Below, one piece after another: positions 27,056 through 36,181 of a stretch of 64,000 nt of DNA. A program made the position numbers and the translations under genes. Below the pieces are notes generated by a model that made no database searches, was not told the origin of the DNA, and saw only the letters and a list, made by a program, of their open reading frames with translations. This DNA comes from Thermoanaerobaculia bacterium (lineage in GTDB: Bacteria > Acidobacteriota > Thermoanaerobaculia > Gp7-AA8). Position 1 is the stretch's first letter; the number at the start of each line of letters is the position of its first letter. The stretch lies in NCBI GenBank assembly GCA_963715895.1, contig OY970284.1:4899892-4963891 (forward strand). The letters are read 5' to 3'.

Positions 27056-29143
27056 ATGGAGCGCCTGGCGAAAGCACCGCTCCTCGGCGAGCCGCTCGCT
27101 GCCGTCGTTCGCCGCTGGCTCGGCGATAGCCCCTGGTCGCTGGCGCTGGCCGACGAGTTCCTCGGCACGAGCGGCTACAGCCGGCCGTTTGCGCAGTCGC
27201 TGGCGGCGCTCTCGCGCAATCGCGCCGAGAGCTGGCCGATGCGGAGAGCCGCCGCGCTGATGCTCGAGCACCAATTGCTCCGCATCGACGAACGCGCGAA
27301 CCGCGAACAGCTCTTCTGGCTCGATGAGTTGCACGTTCCCTCGGGTGACGAGCTGCGCGTCGAGGGTTACCGCTCGACATCACGCCGCGATGTGGCTGGC
27401 GAGCTGCGGATGCGGCTGGGGCGGCTGGCGCGCGTTCACGATGGCATTCGCGGTCATGACACAACGCCGGAAGCGCTCGGCGACTTTCTCAGCGTCGCCG
27501 CCCGCGACTGCCGCATCATCGCCGGCCGCTATCTATGGAATCCCGATGACGTCGTGGCCGAGATCGAGCGTCAGATCCGCCGCTCGCGCGGGATCCCCGC
27601 CGATGCGAAATACGTTCACCCCGACACCGACAAGGAGATTCTTCACCAGATCGAGCGCCTGCCGCTCATGGAGCGCGAGATCGTTCTCCGACTGATGCAA
27701 GGCTCCATGATCCGCTGGGTCGACGCCGCCACGCCCAGCGAGATCAATTCGCTCGTCGAATATCCACTCGGCTCAGTGGTGCTGGTCATCAAACCGCCCG
27801 GCAGCGACCTCGAGATCGAGATCAAGCGCGCCGGCGTCCGCGGCCCCCGCCCGTTCGACATCAAGATCTGGCGCGATGGCAAGCGCGTGCCGCGATCACA
27901 CCACCTGCAGGGCGGCTCGATGACGCATCTCCTGTCGTGGGAGTCATGCCAGTCGGGGTTCTTCTCCCGCTTCTACCGGCTGGTCCACGGCCAGGAGGCG
28001 TCGATGTCGCGGACCCTGCAGATCGCCAATGTCTTCGGCATCCCGTCGCGGGTTGGCGAGCTGACGACGGTGGAGTACTTCACGCGGCCGGATGTCTTCG
28101 ATCGGGAGTATCGAAAAGTCCACGCCGACCTTCATTTCATCAGCGACATCCTTTCGATGAAGGATCCGCGTGCGCCGGTCAAGCGCACCTCCGTACCGAA
28201 GAACGCCGTGGAGACGGCCGTCCGGCTACTCGGCGTGACCCGTCCCGCCCAGGCCGTGCAGGTCGGCAACTCGGCGTTCCGCCTCGACAAGCTCGCCCAC
28301 TACCTCGACGCCGGAGGTCCCGCGGAGTACTTCGGCGGCCTGGGGCGCGACTACACGCCGGACGATGCCCGCCGTTTCGCCGACGAACTGCTCGATGAAG
28401 TGCTCTGCGTCTATCAACCGCCGGACGCCCCCTATCGCACGCAACGGCAATACGTCGCTGCGGCGCTGCGCGTGCCGGCCAACCGCCAGCGCGCGCGGCA
28501 GAACTTCCTCGCCGTCGCCGGGCAGATCGGCCGCTTCTGGGGAACGCTCTACGCCGCCGGCGGTCACACGGACGGCGAGTCCTTCGTCGGCCGCAACACC
28601 GGCCTGCGCACGGTATGGGAGAACGGCGCCTGGCGCATCCGCATCACCTTCATGGACCACGACGGGATGACGCTCATCGGCCAGAATCTGGCCTGGTTCC
28701 ATCCCCGCGGCACCCTGGCCGATCAACGCGGCGATCACCACTTCATCTTCGGCCGCAACACCCGCGCCGTGCGGATGAAGGGAGCGCTCGGCTTCCTCCA
28801 GATGATCTACCGAACCGGCGAAGCCGGCCGGAAAGAGGGAGTGGTCACCCTCAAACGAGCGATGAAAGAGGCCTTCGACCGGACGCGCGAGTCCCTTCGC
28901 ACCGACCCCGAGGTACGCGAGCGATTCAACACATCATTCATCGACAGGCTCGAGTTCTGGCACGAGATGGTGAGCGGGTACCTTCAGACGAATAAGTCCC
29001 GCGCTGCCCGCGCGCGCTGGCGGCGTAAGACCGAGGAGACGATGCGCGCCCTCGCCTACCCGGACGATCTGTGGCAGGAGCACTTCTCGACGTTGCGGCG
29101 GAGATCACGGCTATTGAACAGCCTGGGGTTTTTGTACAGGTGA
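27056..29143 (+). CDS. large hypothetical protein (695 aa), possibly kinase-like
   Basis: Uninterrupted ORF 10 nt after the preceding gene. It contains an HxDLH-type segment (VHADLHFISDIL) reminiscent of APH/kinase catalytic loops. There is no confident family assignment. Confidence 0.5.
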   Translation: MERLAKAPLLGEPLAAVVRRWLGDSPWSLALADEFLGTSGYSRPFAQSLAALSRNRAESWPMRRAAALMLEHQLLRIDERANREQLFWLDELHVPSGDELRVEGYRSTSRRDVAGELRMRLGRLARVHDGIRGHDTTPEALGDFLSVAARDCRIIAGRYLWNPDDVVAEIERQIRRSRGIPADAKYVHPDTDKEILHQIERLPLMEREIVLRLMQGSMIRWVDAATPSEINSLVEYPLGSVVLVIKPPGSDLEIEIKRAGVRGPRPFDIKIWRDGKRVPRSHHLQGGSMTHLLSWESCQSGFFSRFYRLVHGQEASMSRTLQIANVFGIPSRVGELTTVEYFTRPDVFDREYRKVHADLHFISDILSMKDPRAPVKRTSVPKNAVETAVRLLGVTRPAQAVQVGNSAFRLDKLAHYLDAGGPAEYFGGLGRDYTPDDARRFADELLDEVLCVYQPPDAPYRTQRQYVAAALRVPANRQRARQNFLAVAGQIGRFWGTLYAAGGHTDGESFVGRNTGLRTVWENGAWRIRITFMDHDGMTLIGQNLAWFHPRGTLADQRGDHHFIFGRNTRAVRMKGALGFLQMIYRTGEAGRKEGVVTLKRAMKEAFDRTRESLRTDPEVRERFNTSFIDRLEFWHEMVSGYLQTNKSRAARARWRRKTEETMRALAYPDDLWQEHFSTLRRRSRLLNSLGFLYR

Positions 29144-29292
29144 CAAGATGGTCAGTCTCCTCAAGAAGTACACGAATCCAGATCGTCTCGCAGGCCAGAT
29201 GCATCTGCTGCGCGTCAGCAGCGAGCTCGACGCATTGCCGCGCCAAGAACGCGCTGTGTGCATCGACGACGGCAATGTCCAAAGACCGGAGA

Positions 29293-31791
29293 TCATGCCG
29301 CTGCGTGGGCGGAAGACGGGGACGTTTGAGCCTGGACCTCGTCGTCAGCATCGATGAGCGTTGTCTTCGCGATCCAGTCGGGAACTGTGCGGCCAGTGGA
29401 ACGGATCAGGAGGGCGCCGAGCAGCCAGGGAATCACAGCAACCATCGTCACGAGGGTCCAACCGAGAAGAGTGATTTCACGAACGACGAACCTGGATGGC
29501 AGCACGCGAAAGCCGGCGGAACGCATTCCCGGTGAGCTCTGCAGCTTTCGTGAAATGGCGAAACGAATGATCAGGACCGCCAAGAGAGCGACTTCAGATC
29601 CAAACAGGGTCATTCGGTAGTACCGCAGCGCCACGCCTGCCAATGAGCACCACCCGACGATGAGCAACGGCACCGTCGCCGGAAGATACGTCGCGAAATC
29701 GATCAACTCGCCCCACATGATCTGGAGCACGCGATGCCATGGATTCTCCTCGGACAGCAGTGATGCTTCGGCACGCACAAACAGGTTGAAAATGATCACA
29801 AAGATTCCGAGAAGGAAGTAGCCGACCCATGCGCCACGGAGCTGCTGGCGGGTGATTTCTTGTACCGCCATTTCGACTTGTGGTAATCGAACGTCTAAGT
29901 CGTTCCGCAGTTGAAAAACCGCCGCAGCGGCTCCCGTCGACGAAGAGGAAGCGGTGAGCGTGGATTGCATGCGCTGGATCGCTTGCCCGATATCGCTGCG
30001 CGGGCTCATCGTTGGGCTCACGTACCGCGCCACATCGGTTGACAGCCGTTTCGTGGTCGCAGCGATCGCCTGCTCGATATCGCTGAGCCAAATCAGTCCG
30101 ACGACACCGGCCACAATGGCGATGCCGGACATGATGATCGACAGGCGGTGCCGCGCAATCACTCCCGCCACACCGAGCGCGGCAAACGAAAGGAACATCA
30201 GCAGGCCGGGATGCAACTGTGCGGGGTTGAGTGCAACAAGGTCGGTGAGCGTCAGGCTGATCGCCGACCAGAGCAGACCGACAAGACCGACGATCGGCGC
30301 AAGCTGCATGATCACTGTCGTCGTTTCGTTCCTCTTCTCCAGGCTTTCCAGCCGCTGTTCCTTGCGCTCCTGCTCAGCGGCAAGGCGTCCTACCCTACCA
30401 GCCCTGGCGTGATCGAGCTCGCGCCATCGCTTGACCACGGCACGCACGAGGAAATCGTGGGCGAGCTCGTACTCGACATCGCCGCGCACTTCGGTGCTGC
30501 GTACAAGGTCTCGCGACTCGAGCGCCGCGAGGGCCTTCCGAAGGTCCTCCACCGTTGCGTCCGATTTGTAGAGCGTCGCCGGACGGTGCATCTTGACCTC
30601 TCGAACGAGCCCCGTGAGCGACGACGCGCAACGATGGCGCTCATGGTCGGTCAGCTCGTAGAGTGCGTCGATCTGAAGATCGCGCACATCCGCCTTAGCA
30701 TCGAGCTCATCGTCCAGATACGTATCGAGAACATGTGCGGCCGGGGAATCAAAGCCTGACGAACCGAGTGCACGATAGTGATCGAGCGAGAACGGGCGCG
30801 CGTTTGACGTCTCACGCGTTTCCCACATCTTCCGAGCGACGAGTAGAAGGGCCGGTAATTCGACGAACTTCGTACTCCCCGTTGCCTGATCGGCCTCGAC
30901 GTGACCGAGAATACGCGACTCGAGCTTGTCGTATGCCTCTGCGAGGTCATTGATCACTTGCCGTACCGCGGCTGGTGCGAATTCGTAACGCGACTTCTTC
31001 AGAGGATCGGCAAGGATTTCTCTGGCCGCCCTGGCCGTGACGGGCTGCAGGCGGTAATAGTCGCGGAACATGTCGGGAATCGTTCGCCGGAGCGCGATCA
31101 TGCTCCCCACCCAGTCCTCACGCATTGAGAAAAGCAGCCGCACCTTGAGATTCGTGTCCGACCAGATGCGGCCGAGATCGTCGATGAACTCGTTCAGATT
31201 CGGCTCGTTCGCGTAATGGACGAACAGCTCCTCGAACTGATCGCAGACGATGAGAAACGGCAGATCGGGTGCCATTGCCGTCGCGGCGCACACAGCGTCG
31301 TAGGCGGATGTTCCGCTTGCGCGGAGGCGCTGCTCAAAATCGCGCTCGAGCTCTGGATCCTCTGGCAGCGCGTCGATGAAGGCGCGGAACCGGCCCGCCA
31401 GCCGGCGAAGCTCCTCGCGGTCGGAGACGGCGCTCTCGAGTTCAGCGAACATTTTCAGATCGAACCGCTGGCGCAACTCGTTCGGGAGTTGCCGGGCCAA
31501 GCAGCCACGAAAAGCGTCGTGCGGATTGGTACGCGCCCACGGCGGCCGTGGCCGCGTAAAAATGACAACATAGCCGAGGCGGCGGAAGGCCGGCGCGATG
31601 CCGGCGTGGAGCACGGAAGTCTTCCCGTTGCCCGACATCGCGTAGAGCAGCGATACACGCGACGCAGCCACCATATTGTTGATGGCGTGCAACTCGTCGC
31701 GTCGGGTCAGTTCGAGAAGCTGCCGGTGGTCGCTACGCTCGCCATCGAGGGGGCGGAGACCCGGCCACGGAGTGTCGTCGGTGGATGTCAT
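29293..31791 (-). CDS. STAND-class P-loop NTPase (nSTAND-like) with C-terminal multi-pass transmembrane domain
   Basis: The start is taken at MTSTDD (the ATG overlaps the SIR2 stop as ATGA). The N-terminus has PWPGLRPLDGERSDH. Walker A is LLYAMSGNGKTSVLHAG. Walker B is LPFLIVCDQFEELF (the DQFEELF signature). A coiled-coil (RELDHARAGRVGRLAAEQERKEQRLESLEKR) is followed by ~8 predicted TM helices. Confidence 0.75.
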   Translation of the reverse strand: MTSTDDTPWPGLRPLDGERSDHRQLLELTRRDELHAINNMVAASRVSLLYAMSGNGKTSVLHAGIAPAFRRLGYVVIFTRPRPPWARTNPHDAFRGCLARQLPNELRQRFDLKMFAELESAVSDREELRRLAGRFRAFIDALPEDPELERDFEQRLRASGTSAYDAVCAATAMAPDLPFLIVCDQFEELFVHYANEPNLNEFIDDLGRIWSDTNLKVRLLFSMREDWVGSMIALRRTIPDMFRDYYRLQPVTARAAREILADPLKKSRYEFAPAAVRQVINDLAEAYDKLESRILGHVEADQATGSTKFVELPALLLVARKMWETRETSNARPFSLDHYRALGSSGFDSPAAHVLDTYLDDELDAKADVRDLQIDALYELTDHERHRCASSLTGLVREVKMHRPATLYKSDATVEDLRKALAALESRDLVRSTEVRGDVEYELAHDFLVRAVVKRWRELDHARAGRVGRLAAEQERKEQRLESLEKRNETTTVIMQLAPIVGLVGLLWSAISLTLTDLVALNPAQLHPGLLMFLSFAALGVAGVIARHRLSIIMSGIAIVAGVVGLIWLSDIEQAIAATTKRLSTDVARYVSPTMSPRSDIGQAIQRMQSTLTASSSSTGAAAAVFQLRNDLDVRLPQVEMAVQEITRQQLRGAWVGYFLLGIFVIIFNLFVRAEASLLSEENPWHRVLQIMWGELIDFATYLPATVPLLIVGWCSLAGVALRYYRMTLFGSEVALLAVLIIRFAISRKLQSSPGMRSAGFRVLPSRFVVREITLLGWTLVTMVAVIPWLLGALLIRSTGRTVPDWIAKTTLIDADDEVQAQTSPSSAHAAA

Positions 31792-32810
31792 CGTTGTTGC
31801 CGCTCTTTCACCGCGTCGATCAGAAGCCTGAGAAAGCCGGCGGCATCGTGATCGATGATCGTCACCTCTTTCCTGGCCCAGAACCCGACCATCTTTTCCC
31901 ACCGCTCACGTTTCCTGTCATTGGTGACGCGATCGCTCTCCGGAACGAACTTCTGAATCGCGTACGACATGTTCGTTTTTGTCCGATCAGCAAGCGCTTT
32001 TTCCGCCGTCGCCTTGAAGATCACGCGGAAGTTCCAGTCGGTGAGGCTGTATCCAAGGAAGAGGATCGTATGTTTGGTGATGCGCGATACCACCTCGCGC
32101 AGCAGCCGCTTTGAAGGATCGGCGGCAATGGCATTTGTGAGGAAATTGATGTAGTCCTCTTCGGTGATGACCATGCCTTGCGGACGCGAGATGCAGCCGT
32201 GCATTTTGTAAAGATAGGTTTTGGCCTGTACCGGCTGCCAGTGCTCCTGAGGCCCTTTGATGGCGCCCCAGTTCAGCACCGTTTTCGGGTCATGATCGTT
32301 CGGGTCGGTACGGCCATCGTAGCCGATCACCCTGAGTTGCTGCTTCGGATCAGCCGTCTTGGCGTTGTACTCATTCTCGAGCGACTGGTCATAGTTCGTC
32401 GTGACGATGAAGAGTTGTTTTTGCGCGGCCTCAAGCAAATGCGCCAGTTCGGCGACTTGTTGGATCGTGGCGCTGGCCGGAAACTTGCCAATCTCATCCT
32501 TCAAAAAATTTTCCAACCCGTCCCGTGAATAGAACGACTCGTAATAGAACGCAGTCGTCGATAGCGGGATGTACTCCGGCGACGCCATGCCACATTTTTC
32601 CGCGAGGCTTGCCGACAACTCGGATCCGAGGGGCAGTCGATTCTCGCGAGGCAGCTTCGGATCGGTCGCGGCCCCCGCGCCGAGAAAGAGCACGCAATTG
32701 TCCTCGGCTCCTTCGTCGTCCGGCCGGCTCGTGAGTGCTCGCGCGAGCGTATCGATCGCACCGCGAACGGTGTACGAAATGCTCTCCTCTTGGCGGTCGG
32801 AATCGGCCAT
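31788..32810 (-). CDS. SIR2-like (SIR2_2 / DHS-like NAD-binding) protein
   Basis: CVLFLGAGAAT (GAG NAD loop), LFIVTTNYDQSLE, YKMHGCISRPQGMVITEEDY (catalytic His) and ILFLGYSLTDWNFRVIF. The start is at MADSDRQ with a GAGGGG RBS 4 nt upstream. Confidence 0.8.
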   Translation of the reverse strand: MADSDRQEESISYTVRGAIDTLARALTSRPDDEGAEDNCVLFLGAGAATDPKLPRENRLPLGSELSASLAEKCGMASPEYIPLSTTAFYYESFYSRDGLENFLKDEIGKFPASATIQQVAELAHLLEAAQKQLFIVTTNYDQSLENEYNAKTADPKQQLRVIGYDGRTDPNDHDPKTVLNWGAIKGPQEHWQPVQAKTYLYKMHGCISRPQGMVITEEDYINFLTNAIAADPSKRLLREVVSRITKHTILFLGYSLTDWNFRVIFKATAEKALADRTKTNMSYAIQKFVPESDRVTNDRKRERWEKMVGFWARKEVTIIDHDAAGFLRLLIDAVKERQQR

Positions 32811-32907
32811 CGCACCCCTCGCTGCTGAAGCGGCGTGTCTGACTATGATACTTGAAATAATTCCGGCGCGCTTTCTTACACACACGGCAGGGCTGGGGAT
32901 GAAGAGG

Positions 32908-34281
32908 CTACGGAGTGCTGACGGCGCTGAGTATCGCCGCGGCCACTTCGGCTTTGGCGATGTCGCTGTGCCCTGTGATTACGCTGTCCGCACGCATGTT
33001 GTAAATCCTGGCCGCCTGGAATTGGAATAACTGCTGGCCCGCGGCGAGCGGAACGGAGGTGTCGGCGTTGGACTTCTGCGCGCCGTTCGAGCCCATCCCG
33101 CCGTGCGGATCGTTCGCGTCGCCGAGGCCACTCGCGATATCGCCGTTCAGCCTCGACGCGAGCGGGTACGCAATGCCTACCGCACGGTCGTTGCGGGTGT
33201 GACTGATCACGATCGGGCCGCGCACCTTCTCGTTTGCCACAACTCCGTTGAAGAAGCCTTTTGTCCCTTTCGTGTCGAAGTTCGGCGAGAGACCGTTGTG
33301 GGAGTACGCAGCCTGCAGCAGCGCCATCGTCTGTATCGGACCGGGCGCGACGCTGCCGCCCTGTTTCTTTACGGCATCGGCGGAGGCGGTAACGAGCCGT
33401 CCGCCGAAACTGTGCCCGATCAGATGAAGCTTGAGCTCCTGCTTTCTCGCCAGGAGCTCGTCGAGCATTTGCGCCACGCCGTTCTTGCCGATTGCGCCGG
33501 CGCGTTCCTTCATCGTGAAGTAAGTGAAGAGGTTCAGAAGGTTTCGCGCTCCATTCTTGAACGAGGTGATTGGGTTCTGAAGACTTGCCGCTCCTCCGCC
33601 TGGCGTCCACGGCCGGAAGCCGGATGGGTTGAACGATGCTGCTACGCTTCCGCTCGGCGGCGCCTCGTCCCAAAAATCATCGTCACCGTCGGCCAGGCGT
33701 TTCAGCAGATCGTCGGGTGAGGCGGTAAAGAGCCGATTGGAGGCGTCATCATTCTGGTCAGCCGGAGCCTCTCCGGCGAAGGCGGACCGGATGGCGTTGA
33801 CGAATGCCGCACGCGCATCTGCGCTGCCATCGAGATTCGGGATGTGCTGAATGGCGGCATCGAGCTTCACCGCTGCGCTCTGCGCATTGGGGTCTTCGGA
33901 ACTTCCTGATGGCTTCGCCGCGATTGCTTCCTTGAGGCGCGTCACCTTCGACAGCAGCACTGCGTCCTGAGACGCCGAGGCCGCACCGCCGGGAATCAAC
34001 TCTTCATCGGCGAAGCGCTTCGATGGCCAGAAGATTGCCAGAATCGCGAAGGTTCGCCCGGGCAGCGGAAACCGCGGGAGGGCGTCGGCGATCTGCTTCG
34101 AAAGGCGCTCATAAAGGTTCCGTGCTTCCGCCTCGTCGTTGTTCCAGCCGTGAGACATGACGAAGAGATCGGTATAGGTTGCGATCGCGCCGAGGAGCTG
34201 GTCGAGTTGCGACCGGTCGACGATCGCGCCGTCTTTGTTGAATGGGACTTCAAAATAGTCGAAGCCATTGAGTTTGTTCAC
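32908..34281 (-). CDS. alpha/beta-hydrolase (lipase/esterase-like, GHSFGG nucleophile elbow)
   Basis: VMSHGWNND near the N-terminus and the GxSxG motif LIGHSFGGRLV. No signal peptide is evident. Confidence 0.65.
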   Translation of the reverse strand: MNKLNGFDYFEVPFNKDGAIVDRSQLDQLLGAIATYTDLFVMSHGWNNDEAEARNLYERLSKQIADALPRFPLPGRTFAILAIFWPSKRFADEELIPGGAASASQDAVLLSKVTRLKEAIAAKPSGSSEDPNAQSAAVKLDAAIQHIPNLDGSADARAAFVNAIRSAFAGEAPADQNDDASNRLFTASPDDLLKRLADGDDDFWDEAPPSGSVAASFNPSGFRPWTPGGGAASLQNPITSFKNGARNLLNLFTYFTMKERAGAIGKNGVAQMLDELLARKQELKLHLIGHSFGGRLVTASADAVKKQGGSVAPGPIQTMALLQAAYSHNGLSPNFDTKGTKGFFNGVVANEKVRGPIVISHTRNDRAVGIAYPLASRLNGDIASGLGDANDPHGGMGSNGAQKSNADTSVPLAAGQQLFQFQAARIYNMRADSVITGHSDIAKAEVAAAILSAVSTP

Positions 34282-34293
34282 GGTACTGTCCTT

Positions 34294-36024
34294 TCACACC
34301 GATTGAATGGCACGCATGAGGTCGACGAGGCCGCTTCCCTGGAAATATCGCTCGCGTTTCAAGTCGGTCGCAGAGTTGGTGAAGATCGACTTCACTTCGT
34401 CTGGGCGCCCGATGAACTCCTGCCGGATCGAAAGGAACGCGGCGATGGCGCCGGAGACGTGCGGCGCGGCCATGCTCGTTCCGCTGTCCTGGACGTACCA
34501 GGCCGTATCGGTGTTAGCACCCGGCGGATTCGGATCGACAGCGGTCACCTTCGACGGAGCGGCGGAAGAGAGGATCTTCTCGCCGGGCGCGACCAGGTCG
34601 GGCTTAAGTCGCCCGTCGCCCGTCGGTCCCTTCGAAGAAAAATATGAGACGCCGTAGACGTGCGGCATGTCGCGGTGCGTCGACCCGACGGTGATGGCGA
34701 AATCGGCATTGCCCGGATCGTTGATGGTAAGGGGCGCGCCCGCCGAAACGACGCCCCGCGCGAGCGTCTTCGTGAAAACGTAGCCGGTATTGCCCGCTGC
34801 TACCACGACGATCACTCCTGAGCGGACAAGGCGGTTCACCTCGACACACAGCGGACTTTGACCGCACGCGAACCACTCGGGGTCGAAGTCGTAGCCCAGG
34901 GACATATTCACGCCATGAACGAGCAACTTCCGGCCGTAGCCGTTGATCTGCTGGATATACGCCGTGGCTGCGATCAGATTCGACACTTCTCCGTTGCCAC
35001 TGTCATCGAGCACCTTCAGGCTCAACAGCTTGCATCGCGGAGCAACGCCGGCGATGGCGTCGAGCGGCGCGACCCGCTGCTGAATGTTGTTGCCGTCGTC
35101 GCGATAGGCACTCTGCGTGCGAATGGCTGTTCCACGGTGAGTGACCTTATCTCCATCCTGTATCGGAGGCGCGGCGGTGACTGCACCGGCAATGATTCCG
35201 GCGACGTGCGTGCCGTGACCAAAGCCATCGTGTTTGGCATTCCCGTTTCCGTTCAGGGCCGTGAAATCGCGATGGACGAGCGGAAGGTCGACGTCGAGAG
35301 TTCCGTATGTCTTGAAATGGGGGTGATCGCCCTCGATGCCGGAATCCAAGACAGCCCAGACCACTCCATCGCCGAGGGCGGAGAAAGCGCGGTGCGCGGC
35401 GTCAGCCTTAACCGTCGTGAGGGAGCGCGAGATTAGCGGCCGAAGCGGAAAATCGAGCCAGATGTGGTAGATCGCGCGCTGTTTGGCGTGTTCTCCGAAT
35501 TCCGCACGCTCACGGTCGAGCTCCAGCAACTCCGCCATCGCATGCGGGTCCGCCTCAGCGGTCGTCTCGCTAAGATCGCTCTCCGTGATCAGCAGCCGTG
35601 AATCGAGGTCTACGAGCCGCGCGATGCTCTCTGCGGAGAGCCGGGCAAAGATGTGCTGCTCCGACATCTTGCTCTTGGAGTTATTGATGCCCTCGGGCGG
35701 CACGGGCTCTCGCCCGCCGAAAACCTGGTTGAGGAGACGCCGGACCTTGTTCTCCGCGGCCTGCGTTCCGCCGCGCGCCTCGACATTGAGGTCGATGATG
35801 ACGGGATACGGAGAGGTCACCTTCCTCAGTTGGGGATTATTACGCCGGACACGCTCTGTCGTTCCGTCCCGACGTTCCTCCTCGATGAAATCCGATAGCG
35901 GAGGGGCGATGACCGCGGAGTGCATCTGTTCGGGCCTGAATTCGTTGAGGTCGTCGAGACCGTCCGGCGGCGTTTCGTTTTCGCCCATGTCAACTCTCCC
36001 ACTCAATATGGAGTGACGCGGCAA
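34294..36024 (-). CDS. S8 family (subtilisin-like) serine peptidase with ~200-aa N-terminal extension, apparently cytoplasmic
   Basis: Catalytic triad motifs AVLDSGI (Asp), HGTHVAGII (His) and GTSMAAPHVSG (Ser). No signal peptide. The stop is 12 nt upstream of the hydrolase start. Confidence 0.85.
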   Translation of the reverse strand: MPRHSILSGRVDMGENETPPDGLDDLNEFRPEQMHSAVIAPPLSDFIEEERRDGTTERVRRNNPQLRKVTSPYPVIIDLNVEARGGTQAAENKVRRLLNQVFGGREPVPPEGINNSKSKMSEQHIFARLSAESIARLVDLDSRLLITESDLSETTAEADPHAMAELLELDRERAEFGEHAKQRAIYHIWLDFPLRPLISRSLTTVKADAAHRAFSALGDGVVWAVLDSGIEGDHPHFKTYGTLDVDLPLVHRDFTALNGNGNAKHDGFGHGTHVAGIIAGAVTAAPPIQDGDKVTHRGTAIRTQSAYRDDGNNIQQRVAPLDAIAGVAPRCKLLSLKVLDDSGNGEVSNLIAATAYIQQINGYGRKLLVHGVNMSLGYDFDPEWFACGQSPLCVEVNRLVRSGVIVVVAAGNTGYVFTKTLARGVVSAGAPLTINDPGNADFAITVGSTHRDMPHVYGVSYFSSKGPTGDGRLKPDLVAPGEKILSSAAPSKVTAVDPNPPGANTDTAWYVQDSGTSMAAPHVSGAIAAFLSIRQEFIGRPDEVKSIFTNSATDLKRERYFQGSGLVDLMRAIQSV

Positions 36025-36181
36025 GGGATTTCCCTACCCGGCGTAGCGCTGCGGCATCCGCACCATCGCCGCCAGCTCACCCATGCACCCGCAGCCCGGT
36101 CGCCTCTCGTCAAACTTCGCGGAACCGAGTCTCAAAGTCCCCGATGTGGGCGCGGCTATTTAGCGCCGCGCCCACATTTTC

